In this document: in pieces, positions 27,607 through 37,520 of the stretch
How positions within the stretch are numbered: the stretch's first letter is position 1
Layout of the letters: each line of letters starts with the position of its first letter
Assembly: GCA_965203175.1 (NCBI GenBank)
Contig: OZ241867.1
Location: 704,001 to 768,000, forward strand
Direction of reading: 5' to 3'
DNA from: Candidatus Latescibacterota bacterium
GTDB taxonomy: Bacteria; Latescibacterota; UBA2968; UBA8231
Length of the DNA: 64,000 nt
Notes under the pieces: model-generated
Told to the model about the DNA's origin: nothing
What the model saw: only the letters and a program-made list of their open reading frames with translations
Databases searched by the model: none
Program-made: the position numbers and the translations under genes

Positions 27607-29210
27607 GCCCAGCGCCAGCGGACCTGCTCATCCGGGGCGGCACCGTAATCGACGGCACGGGGAAAGAGCCCCTGAGCGCGGATGTGGCGATCAAAGACGG
27701 TCGCATTGCGCACGTGGAACCTCACTGGCCCGGGACCGCGGACCGGGTGCTAGAGGCGGCGGGTCTGTGGGTCGCACCGGGTTTTATCGACATCCACAGT
27801 CATTCCGATTTTACCTTGCTGGCCGACCCTCGGGCGATGAGTTCAATTGCCCAAGGGGTAACCCTCGAAGTGGTGGGCAACTGCGGCCACGGCTGCGCCC
27901 CCCTAACCGATCCGGCCACCGCCCAGATGAATATGTACGGGTACGCGGCCGACTATCCCATTGACTGGCGCAGCGTGGGCCAGTACCTCGAACGGCTGCA
28001 AGAGCGCCAGCCCGCGGTCAACGTGCTGACCCTGGTGCCCAACGGCCGACTGCGCCTAGCCGTGGCCGGTCTGGTGGACCGGCCTTCCACACCGGATGAG
28101 TTGAGGCGCATGAAGGACCTGCTGCAGGCGAGCCTAGAGGAGGGTGCCTTTGGCTTTTCCACGGGTCTGGAATACGGGCCAGAGCGGGCCTGCTCCGAAG
28201 AGGAAATCGCTGAGTTGTGCGGCGTGGTGGCCGAGTGCGGGGGCTTGTACGCCACCCATACGCGCAATCGGGCGGGCGAGGACCAGGAGAGCATCGCCGA
28301 GGCCATCCGCACGGCTCAAACCGCAGGCGTGGCCCTGCAGATTTCCCATATCTCGGTGGTGGCACGGCTAGCCGCAGACGGCGTCCGCGCCGTGGACGAG
28401 GCCCTAGAGCAGGTGGACCGGGCGCGGCAGGCCGGGCTAGACGTGGATTTCGATATGCACACGCGGTTGTTCGGCACGACGAATCTGAGCGCGGCGCTGC
28501 CGCCCGAGGTGCTGGAGGGCGACCAAGCCGCGGTGGCGGCGCGGCTGCGCGATCCCGAGGTGCGGCGGCGAGTGGGGGCGTACCGCAGTATTGTGGCGGG
28601 GCTGGCCCAAGGCGACTGGCAGCGGATTCTCCTGTCGCAGTACGGACCCCGTCCCGAGCTGGCCGGACAGAGTCTGGCCGATATTGGCCGGGATATGGGG
28701 CTGGAGCCCACCGACCTTATCTGCGAGTTGTTGCTGGCGGCGCAGGACCGAGTCCACGAGCCGATGATCTTAGCCTTTTGCTACCGGGAAGACGAGGCGC
28801 GCCGGGTGTTCGCCCACCCGCGCTGCATGGTCGGCTCGGACGCCACGGCCCTATGCCCCGACGGTCCGCTGCAGGGGGCCGTCTTTCACGGAGCCTATAC
28901 TTGGGCGGGCTGGTTTTTCCGGCATTTTGTGCGCGATACGGGTCTTTTGTCCCCGGAGGCAGCCGTCCACCGTCTCACCGGACTGCCAGCCGGGCGCCTA
29001 GGTCTGAAAGATCGGGGGACGATCCGCCCAGGCGCCTGGGCCGACCTAGTGGTGTTCGACGGCCAGACCTTCCGCGAACGGGGCACAATCGCCGCGCCCA
29101 ATCTCATTGCCCAAGGCATGGTCCACGTGCTGGTCAACGGCGTGCCCACCCTCGAAGACGGGGCGTGGACCGGGGCGCGGGGCGGGCAGGTGCTGCGCCG
29201 GGGCGGGTGA
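27603..29210 (+). CDS. N-acyl-D-amino-acid deacylase (amidohydrolase)
   Basis: PGFIDIHSHSD, GNCG, STGLEY and GSD motifs. ATG at 27603 overlaps the upstream TGA. Confidence 0.9.
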   Translation: MSPAPADLLIRGGTVIDGTGKEPLSADVAIKDGRIAHVEPHWPGTADRVLEAAGLWVAPGFIDIHSHSDFTLLADPRAMSSIAQGVTLEVVGNCGHGCAPLTDPATAQMNMYGYAADYPIDWRSVGQYLERLQERQPAVNVLTLVPNGRLRLAVAGLVDRPSTPDELRRMKDLLQASLEEGAFGFSTGLEYGPERACSEEEIAELCGVVAECGGLYATHTRNRAGEDQESIAEAIRTAQTAGVALQISHISVVARLAADGVRAVDEALEQVDRARQAGLDVDFDMHTRLFGTTNLSAALPPEVLEGDQAAVAARLRDPEVRRRVGAYRSIVAGLAQGDWQRILLSQYGPRPELAGQSLADIGRDMGLEPTDLICELLLAAQDRVHEPMILAFCYREDEARRVFAHPRCMVGSDATALCPDGPLQGAVFHGAYTWAGWFFRHFVRDTGLLSPEAAVHRLTGLPAGRLGLKDRGTIRPGAWADLVVFDGQTFRERGTIAAPNLIAQGMVHVLVNGVPTLEDGAWTGARGGQVLRRGG

Positions 29211-29222
29211 GGGCGTTAGCAC

Positions 29223-30011
29223 TTATTTCACAGAATCGCCATACCGTAAACTCAACCACCAATCAGCGTGTGGCATCCCACTCTCGTGCGTTTTTTTCAC
29301 CAGTACATCGATATCTATCGGCACGCGACGCAACTCGATGCGAAGGCCCCTATCCTCCCATGCAATAACTCCATACTCTGCCCAAGGAGGATACTCCCTA
29401 TCGTGCAGATCACTCAATGGACGTTGAGAAACTCGGCGTATGCGCTCGTGCGCAGTAATAGGAGCACCAACACTTCCAGGATTGATTATCGTGCTATCTT
29501 CATGATAACGGATCATCTGCGTGTGCGTATGTCCTCCAGCCAATACCATAGCGCGATAACCAGACAGCATGCGTTCCATTTCCTCATCTGGAGTGGTTGA
29601 AACAATTGCATCTTCATTGGATTGTGGCGAACCGTGATAGCAAAGAAGACTGGTAGTCGCATCGAGGGGTATCTCGACCGTTGACTGGAACGTACGCATG
29701 TAGTCGAGATCGTCAGGTGATAGCTTACCGACATCCCAGGATCGAACTTCATTTCCTCGCTTGGCGTTCTTGCTCTTTCCTTCATCTGGATATGGGTTGA
29801 GACACCTCGTGTCCATGTTGCCCATGACGACCGGACAATTCAGCGTCTTCAATTGGGCAATGACCTCACCTGGTTGGGGGCCTCCGGAGACGACATCACC
29901 CAAGCACACAATGCGATCAATGTGTTCTGTTTTGAGATCGTTCAAGACAGTTTCTAATGCCACGAAATTCCCATGAATATCAGAGATGATGGCGATTCGC
30001 ATGCGCTTCAT
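29223..30011 (-). CDS. metallophosphoesterase
   Basis: DIHGN, GD, GNMD, HGS, GHTH and NPGSVG motifs. Confidence 0.9.
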   Translation of the reverse strand: MKRMRIAIISDIHGNFVALETVLNDLKTEHIDRIVCLGDVVSGGPQPGEVIAQLKTLNCPVVMGNMDTRCLNPYPDEGKSKNAKRGNEVRSWDVGKLSPDDLDYMRTFQSTVEIPLDATTSLLCYHGSPQSNEDAIVSTTPDEEMERMLSGYRAMVLAGGHTHTQMIRYHEDSTIINPGSVGAPITAHERIRRVSQRPLSDLHDREYPPWAEYGVIAWEDRGLRIELRRVPIDIDVLVKKTHESGMPHADWWLSLRYGDSVK

Positions 30012-30074
30012 ACCTCCATTGTAGTGAGAAAGATCATCCTCTTAACCTTGCACAGACCTGTCCGAATCCGCACG

Positions 30075-31217
30075 CTACTCTGTCCCTTCCCTTAATATCT
30101 CCAAATACCGCTCTCCATATCCCTCATAATCCAATCCCTCACTAAACGCCTTCCCCGTCTCGCTGCCATCCAACCGAGTCACTCCCCCCTCTTCAACCGG
30201 CTCAATCTGCGTATCCTCGTGCCACTCATTCCACGAAGTAACCATCAGCATTCGCCCCGTCGATTCATCCGCATACTTTACAGCCTGCGCCAGCATCGCC
30301 CGAAATAGCGATCCAAATTCGGCTTCTTCACTCAACTTCCGCGAGACCGCCTCATGTCCATTGCGCACACCTTTATCGTTAAATCCCGGCGTCGCAGCGG
30401 GTATAAACGCTGTCCCTTCAGCATGAGCCAGTTCTCGCCAACTCGCCTGCGCCGCATAATACCAATCCACTGCCGCCTGTCCCGCATAACCCTTTGCCCC
30501 CATACTGCCGTACACGTCGTAGTTCGTCACGGCATCCAGTAGCCCAATCGCCTCAGAAGACGTCGGCGGTTGTCCAAAAACCTCATCGCCGACGATGTAT
30601 ATATCGTGTCCCGCCTCTCTAGCCGTTGCGCGCATCGCCTCCACCACCTCAGTCAGCGTCCCATTGCGCGATAGTACCCGCGTCAAATAGACAAAGAGCA
30701 CTGGCCGTCCATCGATCCGCAGATAGTTGGGGTGGTCGAAATAGCGTTCGGCTATATAGACGATGTCCGGTGCGACGCGATTGAACACTGAAAAATCCCT
30801 TGTGCGCCCTGTAGTCTCATAAAACAGCGCAATCTGCATATCGTCTAATTCATCGTGCGGCAGAATATGCTGTAGCAGAGTCTGATCTTCGCGAGAATCG
30901 GGACCCCACCAACTCGCCACCCACAGCGATATATTGGCCTGTCGGCTCCACTTGAGATGCTGGGCGATCACCGCGGGATCGCGATCGTCGTACTCGCCCA
31001 GCATCGGCAACTGCGGCGGTATCAACTCTTTGCGCATATAGCGGCCGCCGTGAAAATCGCCGCTGTACCAGGGGTAATAATAGACGCCTACGGTATAAGG
31101 TGAATCCATTTGGTCTTTATCTGGACTACTCATAGGATCTTCGCCGTTACATGCATTGGGAAACACGAGGAGGATGCTGCATAAAACAGCCAGAAGGAAT
31201 GGCCTACTAAAAAACAT
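30075..31217 (-). CDS. GH99-like glycoside hydrolase, exported
   Basis: YYPWY, SWW, FYE and SWNEWHEDTQIEP motifs; N-terminal signal-like segment. The start is approximate. Confidence 0.75.
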   Translation of the reverse strand: MFFSRPFLLAVLCSILLVFPNACNGEDPMSSPDKDQMDSPYTVGVYYYPWYSGDFHGGRYMRKELIPPQLPMLGEYDDRDPAVIAQHLKWSRQANISLWVASWWGPDSREDQTLLQHILPHDELDDMQIALFYETTGRTRDFSVFNRVAPDIVYIAERYFDHPNYLRIDGRPVLFVYLTRVLSRNGTLTEVVEAMRATAREAGHDIYIVGDEVFGQPPTSSEAIGLLDAVTNYDVYGSMGAKGYAGQAAVDWYYAAQASWRELAHAEGTAFIPAATPGFNDKGVRNGHEAVSRKLSEEAEFGSLFRAMLAQAVKYADESTGRMLMVTSWNEWHEDTQIEPVEEGGVTRLDGSETGKAFSEGLDYEGYGERYLEILREGTE

Positions 31218-31770
31218 GGGTACGCTCAATCCACTTGTCCCGATCCAAGAGAAATACACACCGCTCGGGCAATATGCGGTCCGCAAATTCGCCTTTACCC
31301 GGTCCGGGCGGTATGCGCTCCGTCTCCTCGAAACCTAGCCGGTGGAGAAGCCGGACAGACCGTTTGTTTGCAATAACGCATCTGGCTTCAATCTCGTCTA
31401 GATCCAAATCTTCAAAACCTACCTGCAGGATGACCCGGATCGCCTCCGACGCAAAGCCCTGACCCCAATAAACGGGCGACAACTCGTAGCCGATGTCACC
31501 CCGCCGGCTCTCAATGCTTTCTGTGCGCACTCCGCAGTCACCGAGTAATACCCCATTTGAGCGGTCCGTGATGGCTAGCTGGAATTTGCACCTCGGATTT
31601 TCCTTAGACAGTGCGATGCACTTGTCTACAAAGCGGGCACACGCCTCTCTAGTGTAGGGAGGCCGGTAGTAGTATTCCAGATACCTTGGATCTCTCCTAA
31701 ACTCGGCGACGGCGTCCACGTCTTGTCTGGTGAACTCCCTCAGGAGCAGGCGTTCAGTCAGCTTCTCCAT
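31207..31770 (-). CDS. RimJ/RimL-type GNAT acetyltransferase
   Basis: TERLLLR, IGYEL..YWGQGFA and N.RS..LL.RLGF motifs. Confidence 0.88.
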   Translation of the reverse strand: MEKLTERLLLREFTRQDVDAVAEFRRDPRYLEYYYRPPYTREACARFVDKCIALSKENPRCKFQLAITDRSNGVLLGDCGVRTESIESRRGDIGYELSPVYWGQGFASEAIRVILQVGFEDLDLDEIEARCVIANKRSVRLLHRLGFEETERIPPGPGKGEFADRILPERCVFLLDRDKWIERTHVF

Positions 31771-31783
31771 TGCGGTTGGTGTT

Positions 31784-33217
31784 CTACTTGGAGTAGGGCT
31801 TCTGAAGGTCAGTACTGAGCGCGTGAGCCAGTTCCCGCAGCACATCGACCGCCATAAGCACGTCTTCCCTTCTACAGTCGAACTGCCCGACTTGGAAGCG
31901 GATGACAAACTGGCCCTCGTGGATTGTCTGCGTCAGGTAAATCCGGCCGTCGTCGTTGACCGCGCGGAGCAAGCGCTCGGTGGCGTCGTTGGCGTTCTCG
32001 CCATCGGGGGCATACTGGAATGTGAAGAGCGAAAGATGGCAGTTAGTCGTCAGACGAAAGCCGTCCAGCAATGCGATCGCCGCGGCGGCCTCCTCAGCCC
32101 AGGCAATGTGGTTCCGGATGCGCTGGCGGAGGTCTTCGAGACCGTGCGCGCGCAACAGGAACCAGAGCTTGAGAGCGCGGAACCGGCGTCCCAAGGGGAT
32201 CGTCCACTCGCTGTAATTGGTGATCTCGGTTTGGCCGAGGGTTTGCAGGTAATCTGGACGGACGCCGAGGGTGCGAACCTGCGGTTCTGGGTCCGCAAGA
32301 AACTGGATCGAGCAATCGAACTGCGCACCGAGCCACTTGTGGGGATTAAAGGCGATGCTGTCGGCTCCCTCGACGCCCTCCCACAACGCCCGTAGCTCAG
32401 GACAAATCATTGCAGAACCAGCCCACGCGGCATCGACATGAACGTAGAGATCGTGCTCCCGTGCCACTTCGATGGTCTGATGCACGCGGTCAGACGCGCC
32501 GATCGACGTGCCCCCAACACAAAGGACGACACCGGCCGGGAGGAAACCCGCCACGCGGTCCGCGTCGATCGCCCGGCGCAACGCCTCCGGATCGAGCGCC
32601 CAAGAACCATCGGTCGGGACTTTGACGAGATGCTGTTGGCCGATACCGGCGATTCGGATCGCCTTGTCAACCGACGAGTGGGTCTCCGGCGAGGCATAGA
32701 CCCGGACCTGTTTCTCCCCCACCATGCCAGAATCGATCCCGCGCCAGCCGAGCGCGCGTTCGCGCATCGTCAGTACGGCACAGACATTGGCCGACGTCCC
32801 CGAGTCTTGGATAACGCCTTGGAACCCCTCCGGTAGCCCAAGGGCCTGACGCATCCAATCGACCATCCGGGTCTCAATCTCCGTAGCGGCAGGAGAAGTC
32901 TGCCAGAGCATACACTGGGCCGCCATAACCGCCGTCAAATTCTCTGCGATCATCGAAACCGGCGCGGCGTTGGCGCTGAAGTACGCAAAGAAACGCCGGT
33001 GTTGCCAGTGCGTCATGCCGTCGGGTACGATGCGCTCAAAGTCAGCGAAGATCGTCTCCATATCCACCGGCTCTTCCGGCGGCGCTAACGGCAGCATCGC
33101 AGCGATCTCACCCGGTGCAGTCTGCGCCCGAACAGGCCGCTCATCGAGCGTGTCCAGGTACTCGGCACCCCACCGAGCAGCTCGCTCAGCCCAGCGAAAG
33201 TAGTCTTCTCGTTTCAT
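31784..33217 (-). CDS. aromatic-L-amino-acid decarboxylase (group II PLP)
   Basis: THWQH..FFAYF, SPAATE, HVDAAWAG, FNPHKW and LGRRFRALK motifs. Confidence 0.9.
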   Translation of the reverse strand: MKREDYFRWAERAARWGAEYLDTLDERPVRAQTAPGEIAAMLPLAPPEEPVDMETIFADFERIVPDGMTHWQHRRFFAYFSANAAPVSMIAENLTAVMAAQCMLWQTSPAATEIETRMVDWMRQALGLPEGFQGVIQDSGTSANVCAVLTMRERALGWRGIDSGMVGEKQVRVYASPETHSSVDKAIRIAGIGQQHLVKVPTDGSWALDPEALRRAIDADRVAGFLPAGVVLCVGGTSIGASDRVHQTIEVAREHDLYVHVDAAWAGSAMICPELRALWEGVEGADSIAFNPHKWLGAQFDCSIQFLADPEPQVRTLGVRPDYLQTLGQTEITNYSEWTIPLGRRFRALKLWFLLRAHGLEDLRQRIRNHIAWAEEAAAAIALLDGFRLTTNCHLSLFTFQYAPDGENANDATERLLRAVNDDGRIYLTQTIHEGQFVIRFQVGQFDCRREDVLMAVDVLRELAHALSTDLQKPYSK

Positions 33218-33250
33218 AAGACGGTCTGAATGAGATTGATAGTATCGCCT

Positions 33251-34177
33251 CTAAAGACCCTCAATCCGCCCAAATTCTTTTAACGCTTTTAGTATCTCAA
33301 CGGTCAAACAACTCTTCCAATGCAGTTCGGCTTGCTCCCAGACTTCTGGATACTGGCCATACCAGGACCAAGTAGGGGACCAAGAGCCATCTGAATTTTG
33401 ATGCTCAATATCAAAATCTAAATTCATATCTACTTCGCTCTTCAATGTCTCTGCTAGCAACGAGATGGGCGTAGCAGCTAACCAGAGCGGTCTGGCAGAG
33501 GGTTGCATCAATTCTTCCGGCGTATGAGCGACGACGGAGTGCGCTCTCTGAATTAGTATTTCCGCTAGCGTATCTTTCGCGGATTGGGGCAGGGCAGCCG
33601 TCTCAACCAGATGAACACAGCAAATAAAGTCGTACATGTTCATTTGATCTGATAATGTCTTTATATGCTCTATGACCTCTACCGTGAGCTGTTTAATCAG
33701 GTCTGTAGGTGCCAACTCGTGATGTTCATGTAGATAGCCCACGACCTCCGCACGAGGATTGGCCAGAAAATTGCCAAAAGTATCCGCCGTATTCTCAAAA
33801 TCCCACCACGGCGCATGGGGGTATTCATCCACCGCTTGCGGGACGATAGGCCATCTGCTCTGGGCCGAATCGTATTCAGCTAACAAATACTGGATTGCTT
33901 TCTGAACGATCTCATCATTACTCGTCGCTTTGACCTCTCTGAGAATGCGCAGCGCAATGGTCGTCGTGATAACGGATGAATCGGGCATTTGGATATCGGG
34001 TTCAAGGCCATTGCCGAAACCGCCATCCTGATTCTGATAGTTAGCAAGTTCGTCCAGGACCGCAGCTGGAGTTCCATCATCGAAATGATAAGATAGAAGC
34101 CGTCTTTCTAATTCCCGGCCCTGCTCCATCACGAAAGTCCTTGCTTTTTCGAATGAGTCACCAGTCAACAGCTTCAT
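33251..34177 (-). CDS. prenyltransferase/squalene-cyclase-repeat alpha-alpha toroid protein
   Basis: YQNQDGGFG and QNSDGSW repeats; HAPWW. Confidence 0.7.
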   Translation of the reverse strand: MKLLTGDSFEKARTFVMEQGRELERRLLSYHFDDGTPAAVLDELANYQNQDGGFGNGLEPDIQMPDSSVITTTIALRILREVKATSNDEIVQKAIQYLLAEYDSAQSRWPIVPQAVDEYPHAPWWDFENTADTFGNFLANPRAEVVGYLHEHHELAPTDLIKQLTVEVIEHIKTLSDQMNMYDFICCVHLVETAALPQSAKDTLAEILIQRAHSVVAHTPEELMQPSARPLWLAATPISLLAETLKSEVDMNLDFDIEHQNSDGSWSPTWSWYGQYPEVWEQAELHWKSCLTVEILKALKEFGRIEGL

Positions 34178-34216
34178 CTCTCTTAACTCCTACAAATAGA
34201 TAGTCTTGAGCATTGC

Positions 34217-34963
34217 TTATTTGAAATCCAAATACATAAAAGTACACACACCGCTGGGATGCACCTCAAATGTACCTCTAGAAAGTACTTCGTCGATTGC
34301 AGCCTTGGGATTAGTCAGGGGGAGCGGATTATGACCATTGAGAATAAGGTCTATATCGAACGAGTCGAGTCGTTCGTACCTACGGCGCAGTTCAGTGCGT
34401 GATGGCGTGCCCGTGGCTCGTAGGCGGATACCCTTTTCCTGCATCCAGTACGAAACATTGCGTCCCCCCATACCACCTTGCTCATTCTGGCCGTAAATGG
34501 TGTCGGCATTGATTAGTACTTTCTTGCCTTTGGGAGTCTGCCAATACAACCATATTTCGCCGTTCTCATCCCCTGATTCAATGGTCTGTATCCCACCGGG
34601 TAGTGGTTGGGCTGCACCATAGCGTGCATTGAGCTTACGACCATACTTCGTGGTTTTCTTAGCCGAGGGAGGACCATAGACCGGTGCTCTATAGCGTCTA
34701 GCGGCTTCAGAAATATGCCGCTCGTGCAAAGGGGAAAGACTGAGAATGGCAGCTACCCGACCAGCACGCCGCTTGAGTACCTTCAGCGCTTCGCCCTGTT
34801 GTGGGAGCACCGGGTCTGTGATAAGCGTACCTTCAGGCGTATGCAACATAAAAGACTGCTGTAAATCGCCATTTCCCCATGAAGTCCACCGCGTGATTTC
34901 AGGCTCTTCTGGGGAGCCGACTTCTACAGAAAAGCCGGTGCCATGTTTGATAACGTATTCCAT
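34217..34963 (-). CDS. divergent metallo-beta-lactamase-fold protein
   Basis: LITDP, LHERH, NADT and LNGHN pattern. Confidence 0.5.
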   Translation of the reverse strand: MEYVIKHGTGFSVEVGSPEEPEITRWTSWGNGDLQQSFMLHTPEGTLITDPVLPQQGEALKVLKRRAGRVAAILSLSPLHERHISEAARRYRAPVYGPPSAKKTTKYGRKLNARYGAAQPLPGGIQTIESGDENGEIWLYWQTPKGKKVLINADTIYGQNEQGGMGGRNVSYWMQEKGIRLRATGTPSRTELRRRYERLDSFDIDLILNGHNPLPLTNPKAAIDEVLSRGTFEVHPSGVCTFMYLDFK

Positions 34964-34971
34964 GTCTTCTC

Positions 34972-35676
34972 CTACAAATACGTTTGCGCCAACTCCAGAA
35001 ATTCCTCCCAGCTCCTAATCTCTGCATCAACAGGAATATCCGCAGGCGCTTGTTGTCGCCTGTTATACCAGATTGCACTCATATGGCACTGCTTCGCCCC
35101 CACCATATCGGTCTCCAACGTGTCTCCTACATACCATATCTCTGAAGGTGCCATGCCCAATCGGGTGGCCGCTGAGGTAAAAATCAGGGGATGGGGCTTT
35201 CTTATGCCATAATCGGCGCTAGAGATAACAAATTCAAAATAGTTGAGCAGTTCATGACGTTGAAGTTCCCAGGAGAGGAGCGTTCCAGACCCTGGATGGT
35301 TGCTTACTACCCCCATCCTCAAATTATGGGCAGATAAGGCGGTCAATACATCGGCAATGCCGGGCTCAGGAGAGAAAAGCATACATTCTTTCCAGAATTC
35401 CAGTTCGAGTACCTCCATGGGTTCACGAAAGGTGATGCCGAGTCGATCAAAGAGTAGTCGATTAAACTGATGATGCGTGAATTCGATGATTGAATTATCC
35501 GCAACAGCGACCTCACTATCGAGCCTTTTTGCTTCAGTCGTTACCTCTTCAGGTGATATACCTTTTCGATCCACTGCATATTCGAGCAGACGAGCGTTAC
35601 CTGCGATAGGATCGAATCTCATATTGCGTACGAGAGTATTTATGAAATCGAAGAGAATAGCCTGTGGCCTATTCAT
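34972..35676 (-). CDS. HAD-family hydrolase
   Basis: FDFINTL, VVSN, RKP and VGD...D motifs. Confidence 0.88.
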   Translation of the reverse strand: MNRPQAILFDFINTLVRNMRFDPIAGNARLLEYAVDRKGISPEEVTTEAKRLDSEVAVADNSIIEFTHHQFNRLLFDRLGITFREPMEVLELEFWKECMLFSPEPGIADVLTALSAHNLRMGVVSNHPGSGTLLSWELQRHELLNYFEFVISSADYGIRKPHPLIFTSAATRLGMAPSEIWYVGDTLETDMVGAKQCHMSAIWYNRRQQAPADIPVDAEIRSWEEFLELAQTYL

Positions 35677-35762
35677 CTATGTGCTCCATTGGGGTATCCA
35701 ATGTCGTGTAACTGATTGTACCCGAACTAGTTCTCCATGGACAGACAATCTCAGGCGACGCA

Positions 35763-36746
35763 TTAGGTATTGAGAGCAGGCCCCCAATATTTCCAGAGGT
35801 TCCGTGGCACGTCGTATCGCGTGAGCTCCCGGCCTGGATGCCCCGGCGGTAGAAAGCCTGTCGGGGTGTTGCCTACGTACTCGGGCGGTGACGGCTTCGG
35901 GGGCGACCATGGCGTGCCATCCTTGTCGGGAAACATGACCATGGGTGCCTGCTCGCGCATTTCCCTGTGGGAGTACCGTGCAAACTGCGCCACCCTCGGT
36001 TGCTTTGACCCCGCCGCATTAGCCGAGTTGACGTGCGTAGTGAGGCCATGGAGCAGCATTGCGTCGCCAGCTCGCCCCGTCATACATACCACCTCGCCCA
36101 CACTGGGGTCCCCCTCCAAGATCGCCCGGTGCCCACCGCTCCGCACGGGCTCCGTGAAGAGGTACGAGCCGTCGATTTGCTCGGGATGTTCAAGGAAGTA
36201 TCGGTGGTTCGCCAGGTGCGACCTCGGCCAATAGGCCGTGCCCCCGCCCGTGGGGCTGCTGACGTCCCAGAACAGCACGACGAAGAACGCCATGAACCCA
36301 CCGCCCCAGCCTGTCGCATACCCATCGAGGTGACCATCGGCAGGAGGTGCCCACTCCGTACCCTGAGCGCTCGGCAGGATCACCCGCGTCATTGGAGTCT
36401 GCGGCGTCCACGGCTGCCCCGCCGGATGGGTGGGGGCAAAAGCGCCGCCACCGATCTGCTCCACGATGGACTGCAGACTCGATAAATCGTACAGGTTGGG
36501 ACTGAGCTTAGGCCAACCATCCTCGGGTGTGTACCGCCCGGCAGGCCAGGTGTTGGGATCATCGAGGTCCACGCCGCCAGAGCAAGCGGCGCGCATCTGG
36601 TCCTGCCATCCGTTAAGCACATCAGGAGGTACCAATCCCGGAATAGCGAGTACCCCCTCTGCTTTGAACTCATCTAGCTGCGCCGGTGACAGCAGCATAC
36701 TCGGCTTGGGGTCGGGTCCGTAACTGTCTGACTTATTCATTATCAC
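35763..36746 (-). CDS. PhyH-family Fe/2OG dioxygenase
   Basis: GHLD, YWPRSH and AGDAMLLH...H motifs. Confidence 0.8.
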   Translation of the reverse strand: MIMNKSDSYGPDPKPSMLLSPAQLDEFKAEGVLAIPGLVPPDVLNGWQDQMRAACSGGVDLDDPNTWPAGRYTPEDGWPKLSPNLYDLSSLQSIVEQIGGGAFAPTHPAGQPWTPQTPMTRVILPSAQGTEWAPPADGHLDGYATGWGGGFMAFFVVLFWDVSSPTGGGTAYWPRSHLANHRYFLEHPEQIDGSYLFTEPVRSGGHRAILEGDPSVGEVVCMTGRAGDAMLLHGLTTHVNSANAAGSKQPRVAQFARYSHREMREQAPMVMFPDKDGTPWSPPKPSPPEYVGNTPTGFLPPGHPGRELTRYDVPRNLWKYWGPALNT

Positions 36747-36752
36747 AGCCTT

Positions 36753-37520
36753 GTTAAGAAAAACACGTCCAATCTAATTGTTTGAGACCTGGCTTTAGAT
36801 CAAACAAGGATCGGATAACCAGTTCCGCACTCACATCCACGTGGCCCATGCGGTCTATGAGCACAGGAATCATTTTCGCTCGTTTCGCGCCCACAGTGTC
36901 CCACCTTGGATTATCTCCGATAAACAGGCACTCTTCTGGTTTGCATCCGAAATGATCCAATGCGCGGCGAAACATAGGTTGGGCAGGCTTCCGCCAACCC
37001 ACATCTGAACAAAAGATAGCCACCTCGCATCGCGTCGAAAGGCCATGTCGCCGCAGTTCTTCAAACCAAGGCTCACTCGGTGAACCCCAGGGACAGTTCG
37101 ATAGGATTCCTACGCGGTAGCCATCCGCCAGGTACGCATCCAGAGCCGGAAGGGTGTCTTCATAGATCTTGGCAATAGAAAAGATAGGCGCGAGGAAGGC
37201 ACGACAGATCGGCAGCCACTCTTCCTCCGAAACGCAAGGTGCGACCGCAAAGATACGACCAAGCCTCTTGTGGAGTGGACGAACGCGACTGTTTTTGGCT
37301 TCGTAGTTCTCAGCCGCGACACCGCGCTCGATCTCAGAATCCGAAGGCAAATCGTGTCCCGAACGCTCCAGTGCCTCTTTGGCTGCGTGAATCCCTGCCC
37401 GCAGCAAAGGAGGAAACTCTTCCCTGCGATAGTACTGGACAAGGGTGTCGCCAAGGTCAAACAGAAGAACTGGTCTCAAACCTGAAACTCCTACTCGTCT
37501 CTTAAAGTATTTCTCTTAAC
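36753..37520 (-). mobile_element. relic integron gene cassette carrying the HAD gene
   Basis: On the gene strand it begins GTTAAGA (37520-37514) and has the complementary TCTTAAC (36759-36753) overlapping the TAA stop. The rest of its attC is missing. Confidence 0.55.
36754..37479 (-). CDS. HAD-family hydrolase (integron-cassette-like)
   Basis: FDLGDTL, LSN, RKP and IGDN..WD motifs; TTG start with AGGAG RBS. Confidence 0.88.
   Translation of the reverse strand: MRPVLLFDLGDTLVQYYRREEFPPLLRAGIHAAKEALERSGHDLPSDSEIERGVAAENYEAKNSRVRPLHKRLGRIFAVAPCVSEEEWLPICRAFLAPIFSIAKIYEDTLPALDAYLADGYRVGILSNCPWGSPSEPWFEELRRHGLSTRCEVAIFCSDVGWRKPAQPMFRRALDHFGCKPEECLFIGDNPRWDTVGAKRAKMIPVLIDRMGHVDVSAELVIRSLFDLKPGLKQLDWTCFS

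Noticed and set aside
22137-29210. TAG recoding suggested by abundant CTAG
   Set aside because: The CTAG sites are in-frame CTA (Leu) followed by G, and TAG ends genes such as arsC and sat at expected lengths.
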